A DNA stretch of 64,000 nt from Bacilli bacterium (lineage in GTDB: Bacteria; Bacillota_I; Bacilli_A; RF39; UBA660), in the NCBI GenBank assembly GCA_017472015.1, contig JAFURC010000026.1:5427-69426 (forward strand), in the 5' to 3' direction. Within the stretch, counting starts at the first letter, position 1; every line of letters begins with the position of its first letter. This document shows, piece after piece, positions 31,179 to 41,951 of the stretch. Position numbers and translations under genes: made by a program. The notes under the pieces were generated by a model that was not told the DNA's origin, ran no database searches, and worked only from the letters and a program-made list of their open reading frames with translations.

Positions 31179-32768
31179 ATGAATGATAATCTTAATAAAA
31201 TAACTTTAAATTTAGAACAAATTACTATATTTAAAAGTATTAGTCAATATGATTTTACAAATAATAAAAATATTAATATTAACTATCAACTAATAAATGA
31301 ATTTTTAAATAATAAAAATACATTAGAAGAATTCCTATATATTTTATATAATAAAAATATAAAAATTATAGATATTTATTTAGCGAATAGTAAAAATCCT
31401 ATTTTATCTATTAATAAAATATCTTTCTTAAATGCTATTTTATATTTTATTCAAGAAGAAGAGTTTACAAACATTGAAACAATAAAAAAAGTCTATCTTG
31501 CTGTATTTAAATTAAATTATGAAAATATTTTAGATAAACAAGAATCATATACTTTAAAAATAGATGGTGAAGATATATCTATACCAGTTCATTATTTTTA
31601 TGATTTTTTAAATTTAGAAGATAATTTATATAATTTATTTATATCTTTAAATGAAAAATATTATCGAGGTATTGAAATAGAAAAATTCATCTATAGTTTA
31701 ATTAATTATTTAGAAAGTAATCATTATTTAGAAGATTATGTATTTTCAAAAGATATTATTAAAAGATATCTTGATTTAAAGGATATGCAAATAATTGACT
31801 ATGAAAGTATTAATAAATTTCAAGAGACTGAAGATCCATATCTTAAAGATGTAAAAATAAATCCTGAGTTAGAAAAATTATTATTTAATAAAATAGAACC
31901 AGATAAATTAAAATATATTATAAATACCTATTTAAAACTTTGTAAAATATTTACCTATGATGATTTTTATTATATCGATCCTCTTAGTGATGATGGTATG
32001 AAACATACAAAAATATCGTATTTAGAAAAAATAAATGAAGATAATAATAAAATAGTTTGTTTTGAATTTACAGCCATATTTGGTTATTTTTTAAGTAAAA
32101 TAAAAGTACCATATAAGGTTATTCAAAATAAATCGGAATATGGTTATTTGCATAATTATATAGTATTTCGATATGAAAAATTCTTAATATGTGTCGATCC
32201 TATCTCAACAGTTTTAGGAAGCGATTTAACTACTATTAAAATAGGTAGTTCTTTAAGTGGTATATTTTCTTTGAATAAAAATAATAATACAAGAGAAGAA
32301 TTTCAAAATATTTTAAATAGTATCTATAAATCAAGAAAAGTAGAAATTGAAAATGAATATTTACCTGCTAATAAAATAGATTCTAATAATTTAGAATTAT
32401 CACCGAAAATAAAAGATTATATCCAAAGAATTGATGTAATTTTAAAAAAAATAAATCAATTAGAACTACCAATTGTTGATAAACTATCCTATTTTAGAGC
32501 TTTAATGAAATTAGTATTTACAAGGAACGAATTACAAATTAATGTTTCTGAATGTGTTATTGTCGAAAATTCTAATCATAAAAAGTTAATTTTTGTTATA
32601 ACTTTAAATGAAGTTAGTTATATGAATTTAGATAATTATTATTTAATTTATGATGATAATTTAAGATTTATTGATAGAAAATATTTACAGGAATTATTTG
32701 ATAATAATACTTATGAATATTTAAATGAAAAACATATTCCTGGAATAAAAGAAAAAAGTTTTAAATAA
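31179..32768 (+). CDS. hypothetical protein with transglutaminase-like Cys-His-Asp core
   Basis: IVCFEFTAIF..FL..I.V, LHNY.VF, ICVDP. Confidence 0.55.
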   Translation: MNDNLNKITLNLEQITIFKSISQYDFTNNKNININYQLINEFLNNKNTLEEFLYILYNKNIKIIDIYLANSKNPILSINKISFLNAILYFIQEEEFTNIETIKKVYLAVFKLNYENILDKQESYTLKIDGEDISIPVHYFYDFLNLEDNLYNLFISLNEKYYRGIEIEKFIYSLINYLESNHYLEDYVFSKDIIKRYLDLKDMQIIDYESINKFQETEDPYLKDVKINPELEKLLFNKIEPDKLKYIINTYLKLCKIFTYDDFYYIDPLSDDGMKHTKISYLEKINEDNNKIVCFEFTAIFGYFLSKIKVPYKVIQNKSEYGYLHNYIVFRYEKFLICVDPISTVLGSDLTTIKIGSSLSGIFSLNKNNNTREEFQNILNSIYKSRKVEIENEYLPANKIDSNNLELSPKIKDYIQRIDVILKKINQLELPIVDKLSYFRALMKLVFTRNELQINVSECVIVENSNHKKLIFVITLNEVSYMNLDNYYLIYDDNLRFIDRKYLQELFDNNTYEYLNEKHIPGIKEKSFK

Positions 32769-32782
32769 AAATATTAGTTATA

Positions 32783-32818
32783 AAATAAATGTAGACCAAA
32801 GAGTACTACATTTATTTT
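32783..32818. terminator. bidirectional terminator between convergent orphans
   Basis: AAATAAATGTAG/CTACATTTATTT stem. Confidence 0.65.
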
Positions 32819-32862
32819 CTTTAAATTCAAATTTTATCATTATCTTCTATAATCTCACACCG

Positions 32863-33483
32863 TTACATTTTTTTATTAGATGTATAAGTTTCATAATCAT
32901 ACGATTTTTTATATTGAACATATTCGGATAAAGTACCATTAAAGTTTTTTATTTCATCGAATATTTCATTGAAAGTTTGGCTTGTTACAAAATGTCCTAT
33001 TTTTCCAAGAAAACCATATAAAAAACAATAATTTAAATCTGCGATATTATCCTTTTCAATTTCTTCAATGTCTTTTTCTTGAGAAAAAACAAAAGATTCA
33101 ACATCAATAAAATATGGTCCATTTTCACTCATTATAAAATTCCAATATACAAAATCTAACATTCTAATTTTTTTTGAAGATATTTTTTTTACGTCATCAA
33201 TCAATTCCGTATACCATTGATAAAAAGTTGAACATGAAACATTTACTAGTTCTAATTGATAACTCTGTATATATTTACAATAAGTACCCACAATTTTATC
33301 ATTTCTATTATAATCTATTTTTATAGGTGTAATTACTCTATTTAATTTTCCTATTTCATTGCATAAAATCTTTATAATTTTAAAATCAATTGGATATTCT
33401 TTATCTAATTTATATTGTTTAAAAACATAATTATCATCTAATTTATAAACTATACTTTGACCACCTTGACTTAATATTTCCAT
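32863..33483 (-). CDS. protein-kinase-like protein
   Basis: LSQGGQSIVY, VFK, MLDFVYWN catalytic loop, FIDVE; RBS GGAGG. Confidence 0.65.
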   Translation of the reverse strand: MEILSQGGQSIVYKLDDNYVFKQYKLDKEYPIDFKIIKILCNEIGKLNRVITPIKIDYNRNDKIVGTYCKYIQSYQLELVNVSCSTFYQWYTELIDDVKKISSKKIRMLDFVYWNFIMSENGPYFIDVESFVFSQEKDIEEIEKDNIADLNYCFLYGFLGKIGHFVTSQTFNEIFDEIKNFNGTLSEYVQYKKSYDYETYTSNKKM

Positions 33484-33680
33484 TAACATCTGCCTCCATT
33501 TTTTATAGTATTTTATCAACATATTTTTACTATTTTCGAATATCTTTATAATCTAATTATATCATTTTTTTTAGTTTTAGTCACTTAAATTTAAAGAATA
33601 TCTGCTAATTTTAATTAGAATTTGTAATAAATTTATTAACATAAAAAATCTACCTAAAGTAGACTTTATTTATAAGAAAA

Positions 33681-34262
33681 TTAATCTTTTTTTTCAAGAA
33701 TTTTATCAACTATTCCATACTCAAGGGCTTCTTTACTACTTAAAAAATAATCTCTTTCGGTATCTTTTGTTACTTCTTTTATATCTTTACCAGTATTTTT
33801 AGCAAGAATAGTATTTAATTTTTCTTTTAATTTTAAAATTCTTTCAGCAACTATTTTAATTTCTGTTGCTTGACCTTGAACTCCACCTAGAGGTTGATGA
33901 ATCATCACTTCAGCATTAGGTAAAATATATCTTTTACCTTTCTTACCACATGATAAGAGGAAAGCTCCCATTGAAGCGGCCATCCCGAGACAAATAGTTG
34001 AAACATCACTTTTTACAAAATTCATGGTGTCCATAATAGCCATCCCGGCAGTAATTGAGCCCCCTGGAGAATTGATATATAAACTAATATCATCATGATT
34101 AATGGAATCAAGATATAAGATTTCACTGACTATAATATTAGCTAAAGTATCGTCAATTTCGCCACTTAATAAAATAATTCGGTCTTTTAAAAGACGAGAG
34201 AAAATATCATAACTTTTTTCACTACTATTATCTTTATCAACAATTACTGGAATTAAATTCAT
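33681..34262 (-). CDS. clpP: ATP-dependent Clp protease proteolytic subunit
   Basis: [30 protein letters not shown]. Confidence 0.97.
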   Translation of the reverse strand: MNLIPVIVDKDNSSEKSYDIFSRLLKDRIILLSGEIDDTLANIIVSEILYLDSINHDDISLYINSPGGSITAGMAIMDTMNFVKSDVSTICLGMAASMGAFLLSCGKKGKRYILPNAEVMIHQPLGGVQGQATEIKIVAERILKLKEKLNTILAKNTGKDIKEVTKDTERDYFLSSKEALEYGIVDKILEKKD

Positions 34263-34360
34263 TCTATCACCTATAATTAAAATATGTAAACTAGTATATT
34301 TTATACATAAAAAAATAAAAAAATGTGATATACTAACTATGAAGGATAGAGAGGAAAAAT

Positions 34361-36010
34361 ATGTTAGAAAGTATAAAAGTTAAAGTATTTGGTAAAGAAA
34401 CTATTATTAAAAAAGGTATTACACTTCTTGAACTTAGTAAAATGTATGATGATTTATTTAAACATAAGATAATAATTGCTAAGGTTGATTCCGAATATCA
34501 TGAATTAAATGATCAAATTAATAAGTCGTGTGATATTGAATTTTTTGATTTAACTACTAGATATGCTAATAGAATTTATTTAAATGGTTTAGTATTTTTA
34601 ACTAATTATTGTTTTCAAGAGTTATTTAAGAAAAAAGGTTATTTAAAAACCAGACATTCAGCTGATAAAGGATTATATATGGAAGCATCTTGTAAGTTAA
34701 CTAAAGAAATGGTAATTGATTTAGAAAATAAAATGAATGAAGTAGTTAAAGATAACTTAAATATAACTAAAGTAACCATTCTAAGAGAAGATGCAATTGC
34801 TTATTTTAACGAAATAGGTGATGTAAAAAAAGCTGGACTTCTTGAATATATGACAAACACCTATGTCAATTTATATCGAATGGGTAATAGTTATAATTAT
34901 ATGTTTAGTTTAATGCCTAGTGAAACATCTTGTTTAAATGAATTTAAGTTAGCTTATTTAAATGAAGAAGGATTTATTTTAAGATATCCAACTATTTATA
35001 GTGAAGGTGAAATTCCTAAATATAAACATCATCCTAAATTGTTTGAAGTATTTAAAGAATCTAAAGAATGGTGTAAATTAATGAATCTAGAAACGTCAGT
35101 TGATTTAAATAATATTATTACCACCGGAAAAATATCAGATTTAATTAAAATAACCGAGACTTTATATAGTAATAAATTATTAAATATTGCGAGAGAGATA
35201 GCAAGTAATTCTAAAGTAAAAATCGTTTTAATCGCGGGACCATCTTCAAGTGGTAAAACGACAACTACTAAAAAGTTATCAATGTATTTAAAAAGTTTTG
35301 GTTTAAAACCTAAGATGTTATCAATGGATGATTTCTTTGTTGAACGTGAAGATACTCCTAAAAAAGAAAATGGCGAATATGATTTTGAATGTTTAGAAGC
35401 AATTGATCTTGAATTATTTAATAAAACTTTGGATAAACTATTAAAAGGTGAAAAAGTATTACTTCCTATGTTTAACTTTATAACTGGTCAAAAAGAATAT
35501 AATGAAGAGATGATTCTTGATAAAAATGATGTTTTATTAATTGAAGGAATTCATTGTTTAAATCCGAAGATTTTATCGAATATTGAAGCAAGTCGTAAGT
35601 TAAAAATTTATTTATCAGCCCTTACTGAAATTAATATAGATGAAGATAACAGAATTTCAACAACTGATAACAGGTTAATTAGAAGACTTATAAGAGATCA
35701 TTATACAAGAGGATACGAGCCACATGAAACTTTGGATTTATGGGAAAGTGTCAGAGAAGGTGAAGAAAAATATATTTTTCCTTATCAAGATGAAGCGGAT
35801 ATTACTTTAAATACAGGTTTAGTATATGAATTTCCTGTTTTAAAAGTATATGGTTTACCACTTTTATATACAGTATCTCGTGATAATGAATTCTATGAAG
35901 ATGCTAAAAGATTAATAAGACTCTTGGAAATCTTTTTACCAGTTCCAAGTGATGAAGTACCAAATGATTCTATTTTAAGAGAATTTATTGGCGGAAGTTA
36001 TTTTAAATAA
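34361..36010 (+). CDS. nucleoside (uridine) kinase-like protein with ThrRS-like N-terminal domains
   Basis: TGS-like N-terminus; [34 protein letters not shown]. Confidence 0.85.
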   Translation: MLESIKVKVFGKETIIKKGITLLELSKMYDDLFKHKIIIAKVDSEYHELNDQINKSCDIEFFDLTTRYANRIYLNGLVFLTNYCFQELFKKKGYLKTRHSADKGLYMEASCKLTKEMVIDLENKMNEVVKDNLNITKVTILREDAIAYFNEIGDVKKAGLLEYMTNTYVNLYRMGNSYNYMFSLMPSETSCLNEFKLAYLNEEGFILRYPTIYSEGEIPKYKHHPKLFEVFKESKEWCKLMNLETSVDLNNIITTGKISDLIKITETLYSNKLLNIAREIASNSKVKIVLIAGPSSSGKTTTTKKLSMYLKSFGLKPKMLSMDDFFVEREDTPKKENGEYDFECLEAIDLELFNKTLDKLLKGEKVLLPMFNFITGQKEYNEEMILDKNDVLLIEGIHCLNPKILSNIEASRKLKIYLSALTEINIDEDNRISTTDNRLIRRLIRDHYTRGYEPHETLDLWESVREGEEKYIFPYQDEADITLNTGLVYEFPVLKVYGLPLLYTVSRDNEFYEDAKRLIRLLEIFLPVPSDEVPNDSILREFIGGSYFK

Positions 36011-36031
36011 AATAAAAAACAAAAAGGAGAG

Positions 36032-37045
36032 ATGAAAATGAAAGTAGCAATTAATGGATTTGGAAGAATAGGAAGATTAGTATTTAGAATAATGGATGGT
36101 GAGTATAGTAATTTAGAAGTTGTAGCAATTAATGATTTAACTGAACCTAAACAACTTGCTTATTTATTAAAGTATGATACTAATCATGGAAATTATAGAA
36201 ATGATGAAATTAGTTATGATGAAGAACATATTTATGTAGGGGATAAAAAAATAAAGGTTTATAGTGAAAAAGATCCTAGTTTATTACCATGGAAAGATTT
36301 AGGAATTGATTTAGTTTTTGAATGTACTGGTCATTTTACAAGTTTAGAAAAAGCAAGTGCCCATATAAATGCAGGGTGTAAACATGTAATTGTATCGGCT
36401 CCTTGTAAGGGAGATGTGAAAACAATCGTTTATAATGTTAATCATGATACTTTAACTGGAGATGAAAGTGTTATATCAGCTGCTAGTTGTACAACTAACT
36501 GTTTAGCACCGGTTCTTGATATTTTAGAAAAAAATATTGGAATTGAATCAGGTTACATGACAACAGTTCATGCTTATACAAATGATCAAGTAACTTTAGA
36601 TGTTGCTCATAAAAAAGGGATTGCATCACGTCGTGGTCGCGCATGCGCTATGAATATTGTTCCAACTTCAACCGGAGCTGCTAGTGCTATTGGAAAAGTT
36701 ATTCCAAGTTTAAAAGGTAAAATGAAAGGACTTGCTATGCGTGTTCCGGTTTCAACTGGTTCTGTTGTTGACTTAGTTTTAAAACTTCAAAAGAATACAA
36801 CAGTTGAAGAACTTAATAAGTTATTTGAAAGTAATCAAAATGAAACAATTAAAATTACTTATGATCCAATTGTATCAAGTGATGTTATTTCAAGTAGTTT
36901 TGGTAGTGTAGTAGACGGCTTATCAACTGATATTTTAGAAACTGATGAAGGTCAACTTGTAAAAATAATTGCTTGGTATGATAATGAAATGGGGTATTCA
37001 TATCAAATGGTAAGAACTGCTAACTATTTTGCCAATAAGGATTAA
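36032..37045 (+). CDS. gap: type I glyceraldehyde-3-phosphate dehydrogenase
   Basis: INGFGRIGR, ASCTTNC, WYDNE. Confidence 0.98.
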   Translation: MKMKVAINGFGRIGRLVFRIMDGEYSNLEVVAINDLTEPKQLAYLLKYDTNHGNYRNDEISYDEEHIYVGDKKIKVYSEKDPSLLPWKDLGIDLVFECTGHFTSLEKASAHINAGCKHVIVSAPCKGDVKTIVYNVNHDTLTGDESVISAASCTTNCLAPVLDILEKNIGIESGYMTTVHAYTNDQVTLDVAHKKGIASRRGRACAMNIVPTSTGAASAIGKVIPSLKGKMKGLAMRVPVSTGSVVDLVLKLQKNTTVEELNKLFESNQNETIKITYDPIVSSDVISSSFGSVVDGLSTDILETDEGQLVKIIAWYDNEMGYSYQMVRTANYFANKD

Positions 37046-37047
37046 AT

Positions 37048-37503
37048 ATGAATGCTATTTTATATTTCTTTCGTGATACTATAAGTGGCACCTATTACTT
37101 CATATATTGCTTTGTATGTTTACTTTTAATGTTTTCCATAATTGGATATTTATTTAAACAAAAATATGCTAAAGTAGAAGTTAAATTAAATACTAGTCAA
37201 CCGAAATTAGATGAAAAAGTAAAAGAAAAACAAAATCAAGTCCCAAAAAGTGATCAAGTAATTCAAAAAAACGAGGCAATTCTAGAAAAACCAATTCAAG
37301 CAACATCAACAATAACTCCCCAAAATCCCAATATAAATATTCAACCTCAAGTTATTAAACAAAATCCTCAAGTAGTTACTCCAAATTTAAATACAAATAC
37401 TCAAAATCAAACTCAAGTAGTATCTAATCAACCAAAACAAACCACTATTCAACTTCAACCGACAATACCTTTAAAGAAGATTGAAATTCCAGATATTAAA
37501 TAA
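37048..37503 (+). CDS. single-pass membrane protein with Gln/Pro-rich tail
   Basis: N-terminal TM, low-complexity Q/P/T region. Confidence 0.65.
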   Translation: MNAILYFFRDTISGTYYFIYCFVCLLLMFSIIGYLFKQKYAKVEVKLNTSQPKLDEKVKEKQNQVPKSDQVIQKNEAILEKPIQATSTITPQNPNINIQPQVIKQNPQVVTPNLNTNTQNQTQVVSNQPKQTTIQLQPTIPLKKIEIPDIK

Positions 37504-37573
37504 AATTGACATATTTTTGTAAAATTAAAAATATTTTTCCTAATATTTTCTAATTTTATTGTATAATGTTATC

Positions 37574-37665
37574 AAAGACATTGTGACATTTTCCTTTACT
37601 TTGTCCCTGTTATTCTATTAAATTTCATTGTAATTGATTTTTCATTGTTACAATGTCTTTTTTTT
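37574..37665 (+). ncRNA. candidate small RNA closed by a 15-bp terminal stem
   Basis: TATAAT 37562-37567; AAAGACATTGTGACA pairs with TGTTACAATGTCTTT; T-run follows. Confidence 0.4.
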
Positions 37666-37761
37666 ATAAAAAAAAATAAAAACTAATGATATTATTAGTT
37701 TTTTTTCAAATTTGTGTTATAATCTATATATACAAAATAAATGAATAATTGGTGGTGAAAT

Positions 37762-38460
37762 ATGGAATTTATTAAATTTAGTGGTGTAACTAAACAATAT
37801 AGAAATGGTGTAGTTGCTTTATATGATATGAATTTAAGTATAGAAAAAGGGGATTTTTGTTTTATTATAGGAGGATCAGGATCTGGTAAAAGTACTTTAA
37901 TTAAAATGCTTTATCGAGAAGAAAAACCAACTCGTGGAGAAATAATTTTAGGAGGACTTAAAGTAAATAAATTAAGAAACTCAAATGTTTATAAATTAAG
38001 AAGAAAATTAGGAATTGTTTTTCAAGATTATCGATTACTTCCTAAATCTAATGTCTATGAAAATGTTGCTTTTGCTCTTGAAGTAATAGGGGCTAAAAAG
38101 AGTGAAATTAGACCTAAAGTTTTAAAAGCAATTGAACTTGTTGGTTTAAAAAGTAAACTTCGTGATTACCCTGATGATTTATCAGGTGGAGAACAACAAA
38201 GAGTTGCTATTGCAAGAGCAATTGTTAACGAACCTAAACTTTTAATATGTGATGAACCAACTGGAAATCTGGATCCAGTGATGAGTCGTGAAATTGTTGA
38301 ACTTTTAGATGAAATTAATAAAAAAGAAGGAACAACAGTTATTATGGTAACCCATGATAAAACTATTGTAAATGATATGAAAAAACATGTAATCGCCCTT
38401 AAAGAAGGACATTTATATAAAGATTATAAAAAGGGGGAATACATAGATGAGATTCTTTAG
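37762..38460 (+). CDS. ftsE: cell division ATP-binding protein FtsE
   Basis: GGSGSGKS, VFQDYRLL, LSGGEQQR, DEPTGNLD; upstream of ftsX. Confidence 0.95.
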   Translation: MEFIKFSGVTKQYRNGVVALYDMNLSIEKGDFCFIIGGSGSGKSTLIKMLYREEKPTRGEIILGGLKVNKLRNSNVYKLRRKLGIVFQDYRLLPKSNVYENVAFALEVIGAKKSEIRPKVLKAIELVGLKSKLRDYPDDLSGGEQQRVAIARAIVNEPKLLICDEPTGNLDPVMSREIVELLDEINKKEGTTVIMVTHDKTIVNDMKKHVIALKEGHLYKDYKKGEYIDEIL

Positions 38461-39346
38461 AATAGTAGGTAGAAGTATAAGAGATGCTTTTAAAAGTGTT
38501 GGAAGAAATTTTTCTTTATCACTTGCTAGTATTTCTTGTATAATTATTACTTTAATAATAATAGCAATTTCAATTGTTGTATCTTATAATGTTGAAAACT
38601 TTTCAAGTGTTTTAAAAGAAGATTTAACAGTTGTAGCCTTTGTTTCAAATGATGCAGATGAGTATGATTTAGCAAAATTAAAATTGGATATTGAAAATAT
38701 TAGTAATGTTTCAAGTGTAGAATTTAAAAATAAAAGTCAAATAAAGCAAGAAATGATGGAAGAAGATGAAGCGTTTAAAAATGCTATGAGTAATTGGGAT
38801 GAGGAAGAAAATCCATTGCAACATACTTATTTAATTAAAGTAGATGATATTGAAAAAATAGGAGAAACAGCAACAACTATTCAAAACTTGGATGCAATTG
38901 ATGTTGTTAAATATGGAGAAGGAATGGTTGATCAATTAGTAACTGTATTTAAAGTTGTTGAAAGAGTATCAATGATTGCTGTTATCGCTCTTATTTTAAT
39001 GACAATGTTTTTAATAGTTAATACAATTAAATTGACAATTTTTTCAAGAAAAAGGGAAATATCAATTATGCGACTTGTTGGAGCAAGTAATTTTGCAATT
39101 AAATTACCATTTGTTGTTGAAGGAATGATTTTAGGTTTTATAGGATCAATTATTCCTGTTTGTATTATGATATATGGTTATTATGCTTTATATAATTATT
39201 TTGGTGGTAAATTATTTACTGATTTAATTAGACTTGTTCATCCTGAACCATTTATCTATGTTGCATCTGTTATTGTTATTATAATAGGAATTCTAGTTGG
39301 AATGTTAGGATCAGGTCGTGCAGTTAAAAAATATTTAAAAGTTTAA
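38447..39346 (+). CDS. ftsX: cell division permease FtsX
   Basis: 4 TM, ENPL, NTIKLTIFSR..EI.IM.LVGA. Confidence 0.95.
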   Translation: MRFFRIVGRSIRDAFKSVGRNFSLSLASISCIIITLIIIAISIVVSYNVENFSSVLKEDLTVVAFVSNDADEYDLAKLKLDIENISNVSSVEFKNKSQIKQEMMEEDEAFKNAMSNWDEEENPLQHTYLIKVDDIEKIGETATTIQNLDAIDVVKYGEGMVDQLVTVFKVVERVSMIAVIALILMTMFLIVNTIKLTIFSRKREISIMRLVGASNFAIKLPFVVEGMILGFIGSIIPVCIMIYGYYALYNYFGGKLFTDLIRLVHPEPFIYVASVIVIIIGILVGMLGSGRAVKKYLKV

Positions 39347-39381
39347 AGAATAGTTTTTAAAACTATTTTTTTTGAAATTAA

Positions 39382-39408
39382 TTAGCACTCTCGGTTGACA
39401 AGTGCTAA
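39382..39408 (+). promoter_or_regulatory. CIRCE (HrcA operator) overlapping the clpB -35
   Basis: TTAGCACTC-N9-AAGTGCTAA (1 mismatch); TTGACA 39395-39400, TATAAT 39417-39422. Confidence 0.9.
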
Positions 39409-39477
39409 AATTTGAGTATAATAAGTATTGAAATATGAATTTGAGTCATATTAATTTATAGAAAAGGGGATGATTTT

Positions 39478-41568
39478 ATGTATCCAAATCAAGAAGATAA
39501 TATTAATGTTTTAGAAAAATATGGTCGAGATATAACAAAAGATGCTAAAGCAGGTAAAATTGATCCAGTTATCGGTCGTGATGAAGAAATCCGTGGAATT
39601 ACAAGAATCTTATCAAGAAAAACGAAGAATAATCCGGTTTTAATTGGGGAACCAGGAGTTGGTAAAACAGCAATTGTTGAAGGACTTGCTAACAGAATAA
39701 TAGCAGGGGATGTGCCAAATAGTTTACGTGATAAAGAAATTTGGGAGTTAGATCTTGCTAGTTTAGTAGCAGGTGCAAAGTACCGAGGAGAATTTGAAGA
39801 GCGTTTAAAAAATGTTTTAAATGAAATTAAAAAAAGTGAAGGAAAAATTATCATGTTCATTGATGAAATTCACATGATAGTTGGTAATTCAGCAGAAGGT
39901 GCTAGGGATACTTCAAATATTTTAAAACCAATGTTAGCAAGAGGTGAAATTCATGTAATTGGAGCAACTACTTTAAATGAGTATCGAAAATATATTGAAA
40001 AAGATGGTGCACTTGAAAGAAGATTCCAAAAAATTAAAGTTAGTAAACCATCAGTTATCGATACAATTACAATTTTAAGAGGACTTAAAGAAAGATTTGA
40101 AATTCATCATGGGGTTTCAATTACTGATAAAGCGTTAATTAGTGCTGCAACTTTATCGAATCGTTATATAACTGATAGATATTTACCAGATAAAGCCATT
40201 GATTTAGTTGATGAAGCATGTGCAACTATAAGAGTTCAAATGGATTCAGTTCCAAATGAACTTGATACTATCACAAGAAATATTTTATCACTTGAAATTG
40301 AAAAACAAGCAATAAAAAAAGAGAAAGATGAATTATCTAAAAACAGATTAGAGGAAATAGAACATGAACTTGTTAAATTAAAAGGTGAAGAAGCCAAATT
40401 AAAAGAAGCTTGGCAACATGAAAAAAGAATAAATGATAGTATCAAGGCTAAGAAAAAAGAACTTGAAAATGCTAAATTTACTTTACAAACGGCTGAAAAT
40501 AAATATGATTTAGAAACGGCTGCAAGATATAGACATGGTGAAATTCCAAGACTTGAAAAAGAACTTGATGAGTTAAATAAACAAGAAAAAAATCGTATTT
40601 TAAGTGATACTGTTAATGAAGAAGATATTGCTTATGTTATTTCTAAATTGACTAATATTCCTTTAACAAAATTAGTTGAATCGGAAAAAGAAAAACTTTT
40701 AAGTCTATATGATAATATGAAAAATAATGTTATGGGACAAGATGAGGCTTTAAAACTTGTTTCTGAATGTATTTTAAAAAGCAGAAGTGGAATAAAAGAT
40801 CCTAATAGACCAATCGGTTCATTTATCTTTTTAGGTCCAACTGGGGTTGGTAAAACCGAGGTTGCTAAAACGTTAGCCTTAGAATTATTTGATGATAAAA
40901 GTCATATGGTTCGAATTGACATGAGTGAGTATATGGAAAAATTTAGTGTTTCCCGTCTTATTGGTTCACCACCAGGATATGTTGGATATGAAGAAGGAGG
41001 AGAATTAACCGAAGCAGTTCGTCGTAATCCTTATAGTATCGTTTTATTTGATGAAATCGAAAAAGCCCATCCAGAAGTATTGAATTTACTTTTACAAATA
41101 TTAGATGATGGACGTATAACTGATTCAAATGGAAGGTTAGTTGACTTTAAAAATACAATTATCATCATGACTAGTAATTTAGGAAGTGAATATGCTTTAG
41201 AAGGAAAAGAAGATTTAGTAATTAAAGAATTAGAAAGAACATTTAGACCAGAATTTATTAATCGAATTGATGAAGTAATTATATTTAAACCATTAACTAA
41301 AGAAGTAATTTATAAGGTTTTAGATAAAATAATTAAGGAAATAGAACTTCGTTTAAAAGATAAAAATCTTAAATTAAAACTAACTGATAATGCCAGGGAT
41401 TACTTAGTTGAAATAGGATATGATGTTAATTATGGTGCAAGACCACTAAAAAGAATTGTCTCAAGAACTATAGAAACAATTTTAGCTAACAAATTAATTA
41501 GTGGTGAAGTTCACTTTGGAGAAACAATTACTTTTGATTATCAAAATAATGAATTAGTAATTAAATAA
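39478..41568 (+). CDS. clpB: ClpB-type AAA+ chaperone lacking the N-terminal Clp-repeat domain
   Basis: two AAA modules ([16 protein letters not shown]), long M-domain coiled coil, GYVG loop. Confidence 0.88.
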   Translation: MYPNQEDNINVLEKYGRDITKDAKAGKIDPVIGRDEEIRGITRILSRKTKNNPVLIGEPGVGKTAIVEGLANRIIAGDVPNSLRDKEIWELDLASLVAGAKYRGEFEERLKNVLNEIKKSEGKIIMFIDEIHMIVGNSAEGARDTSNILKPMLARGEIHVIGATTLNEYRKYIEKDGALERRFQKIKVSKPSVIDTITILRGLKERFEIHHGVSITDKALISAATLSNRYITDRYLPDKAIDLVDEACATIRVQMDSVPNELDTITRNILSLEIEKQAIKKEKDELSKNRLEEIEHELVKLKGEEAKLKEAWQHEKRINDSIKAKKKELENAKFTLQTAENKYDLETAARYRHGEIPRLEKELDELNKQEKNRILSDTVNEEDIAYVISKLTNIPLTKLVESEKEKLLSLYDNMKNNVMGQDEALKLVSECILKSRSGIKDPNRPIGSFIFLGPTGVGKTEVAKTLALELFDDKSHMVRIDMSEYMEKFSVSRLIGSPPGYVGYEEGGELTEAVRRNPYSIVLFDEIEKAHPEVLNLLLQILDDGRITDSNGRLVDFKNTIIIMTSNLGSEYALEGKEDLVIKELERTFRPEFINRIDEVIIFKPLTKEVIYKVLDKIIKEIELRLKDKNLKLKLTDNARDYLVEIGYDVNYGARPLKRIVSRTIETILANKLISGEVHFGETITFDYQNNELVIK

Positions 41569-41951
41569 TTTACAAAACATTTAACATTTAGTTAGATGTT
41601 ATTTGTATTGTTAATACATTTTTTAGACTTTAAATAAGACTTAAAAAAATATTTGTAAAAAAAATGTTAAAAATAATTTGGCAAATTAAAAGAATTTTAG
41701 AAGAAATTTTAAAATTTGTTATAGAGAAAAAAACTTTTTTCTTATAAATTTACTTAAAATAATGATTTTCCTAGGACAAATCGGATTTTTGCATTTTCTA
41801 AATTTTTTTGTTATATTGATGTTGTTCATGAACCAAATATCTATTAATAAAAAGAATTTGATAATAATGTTAAATATAAAGTATATCAAATTCATGTCTA
41901 TTTATTGATTAATAAAAAAAAATTATTTATAATGAAAATATAGGAGGATAT

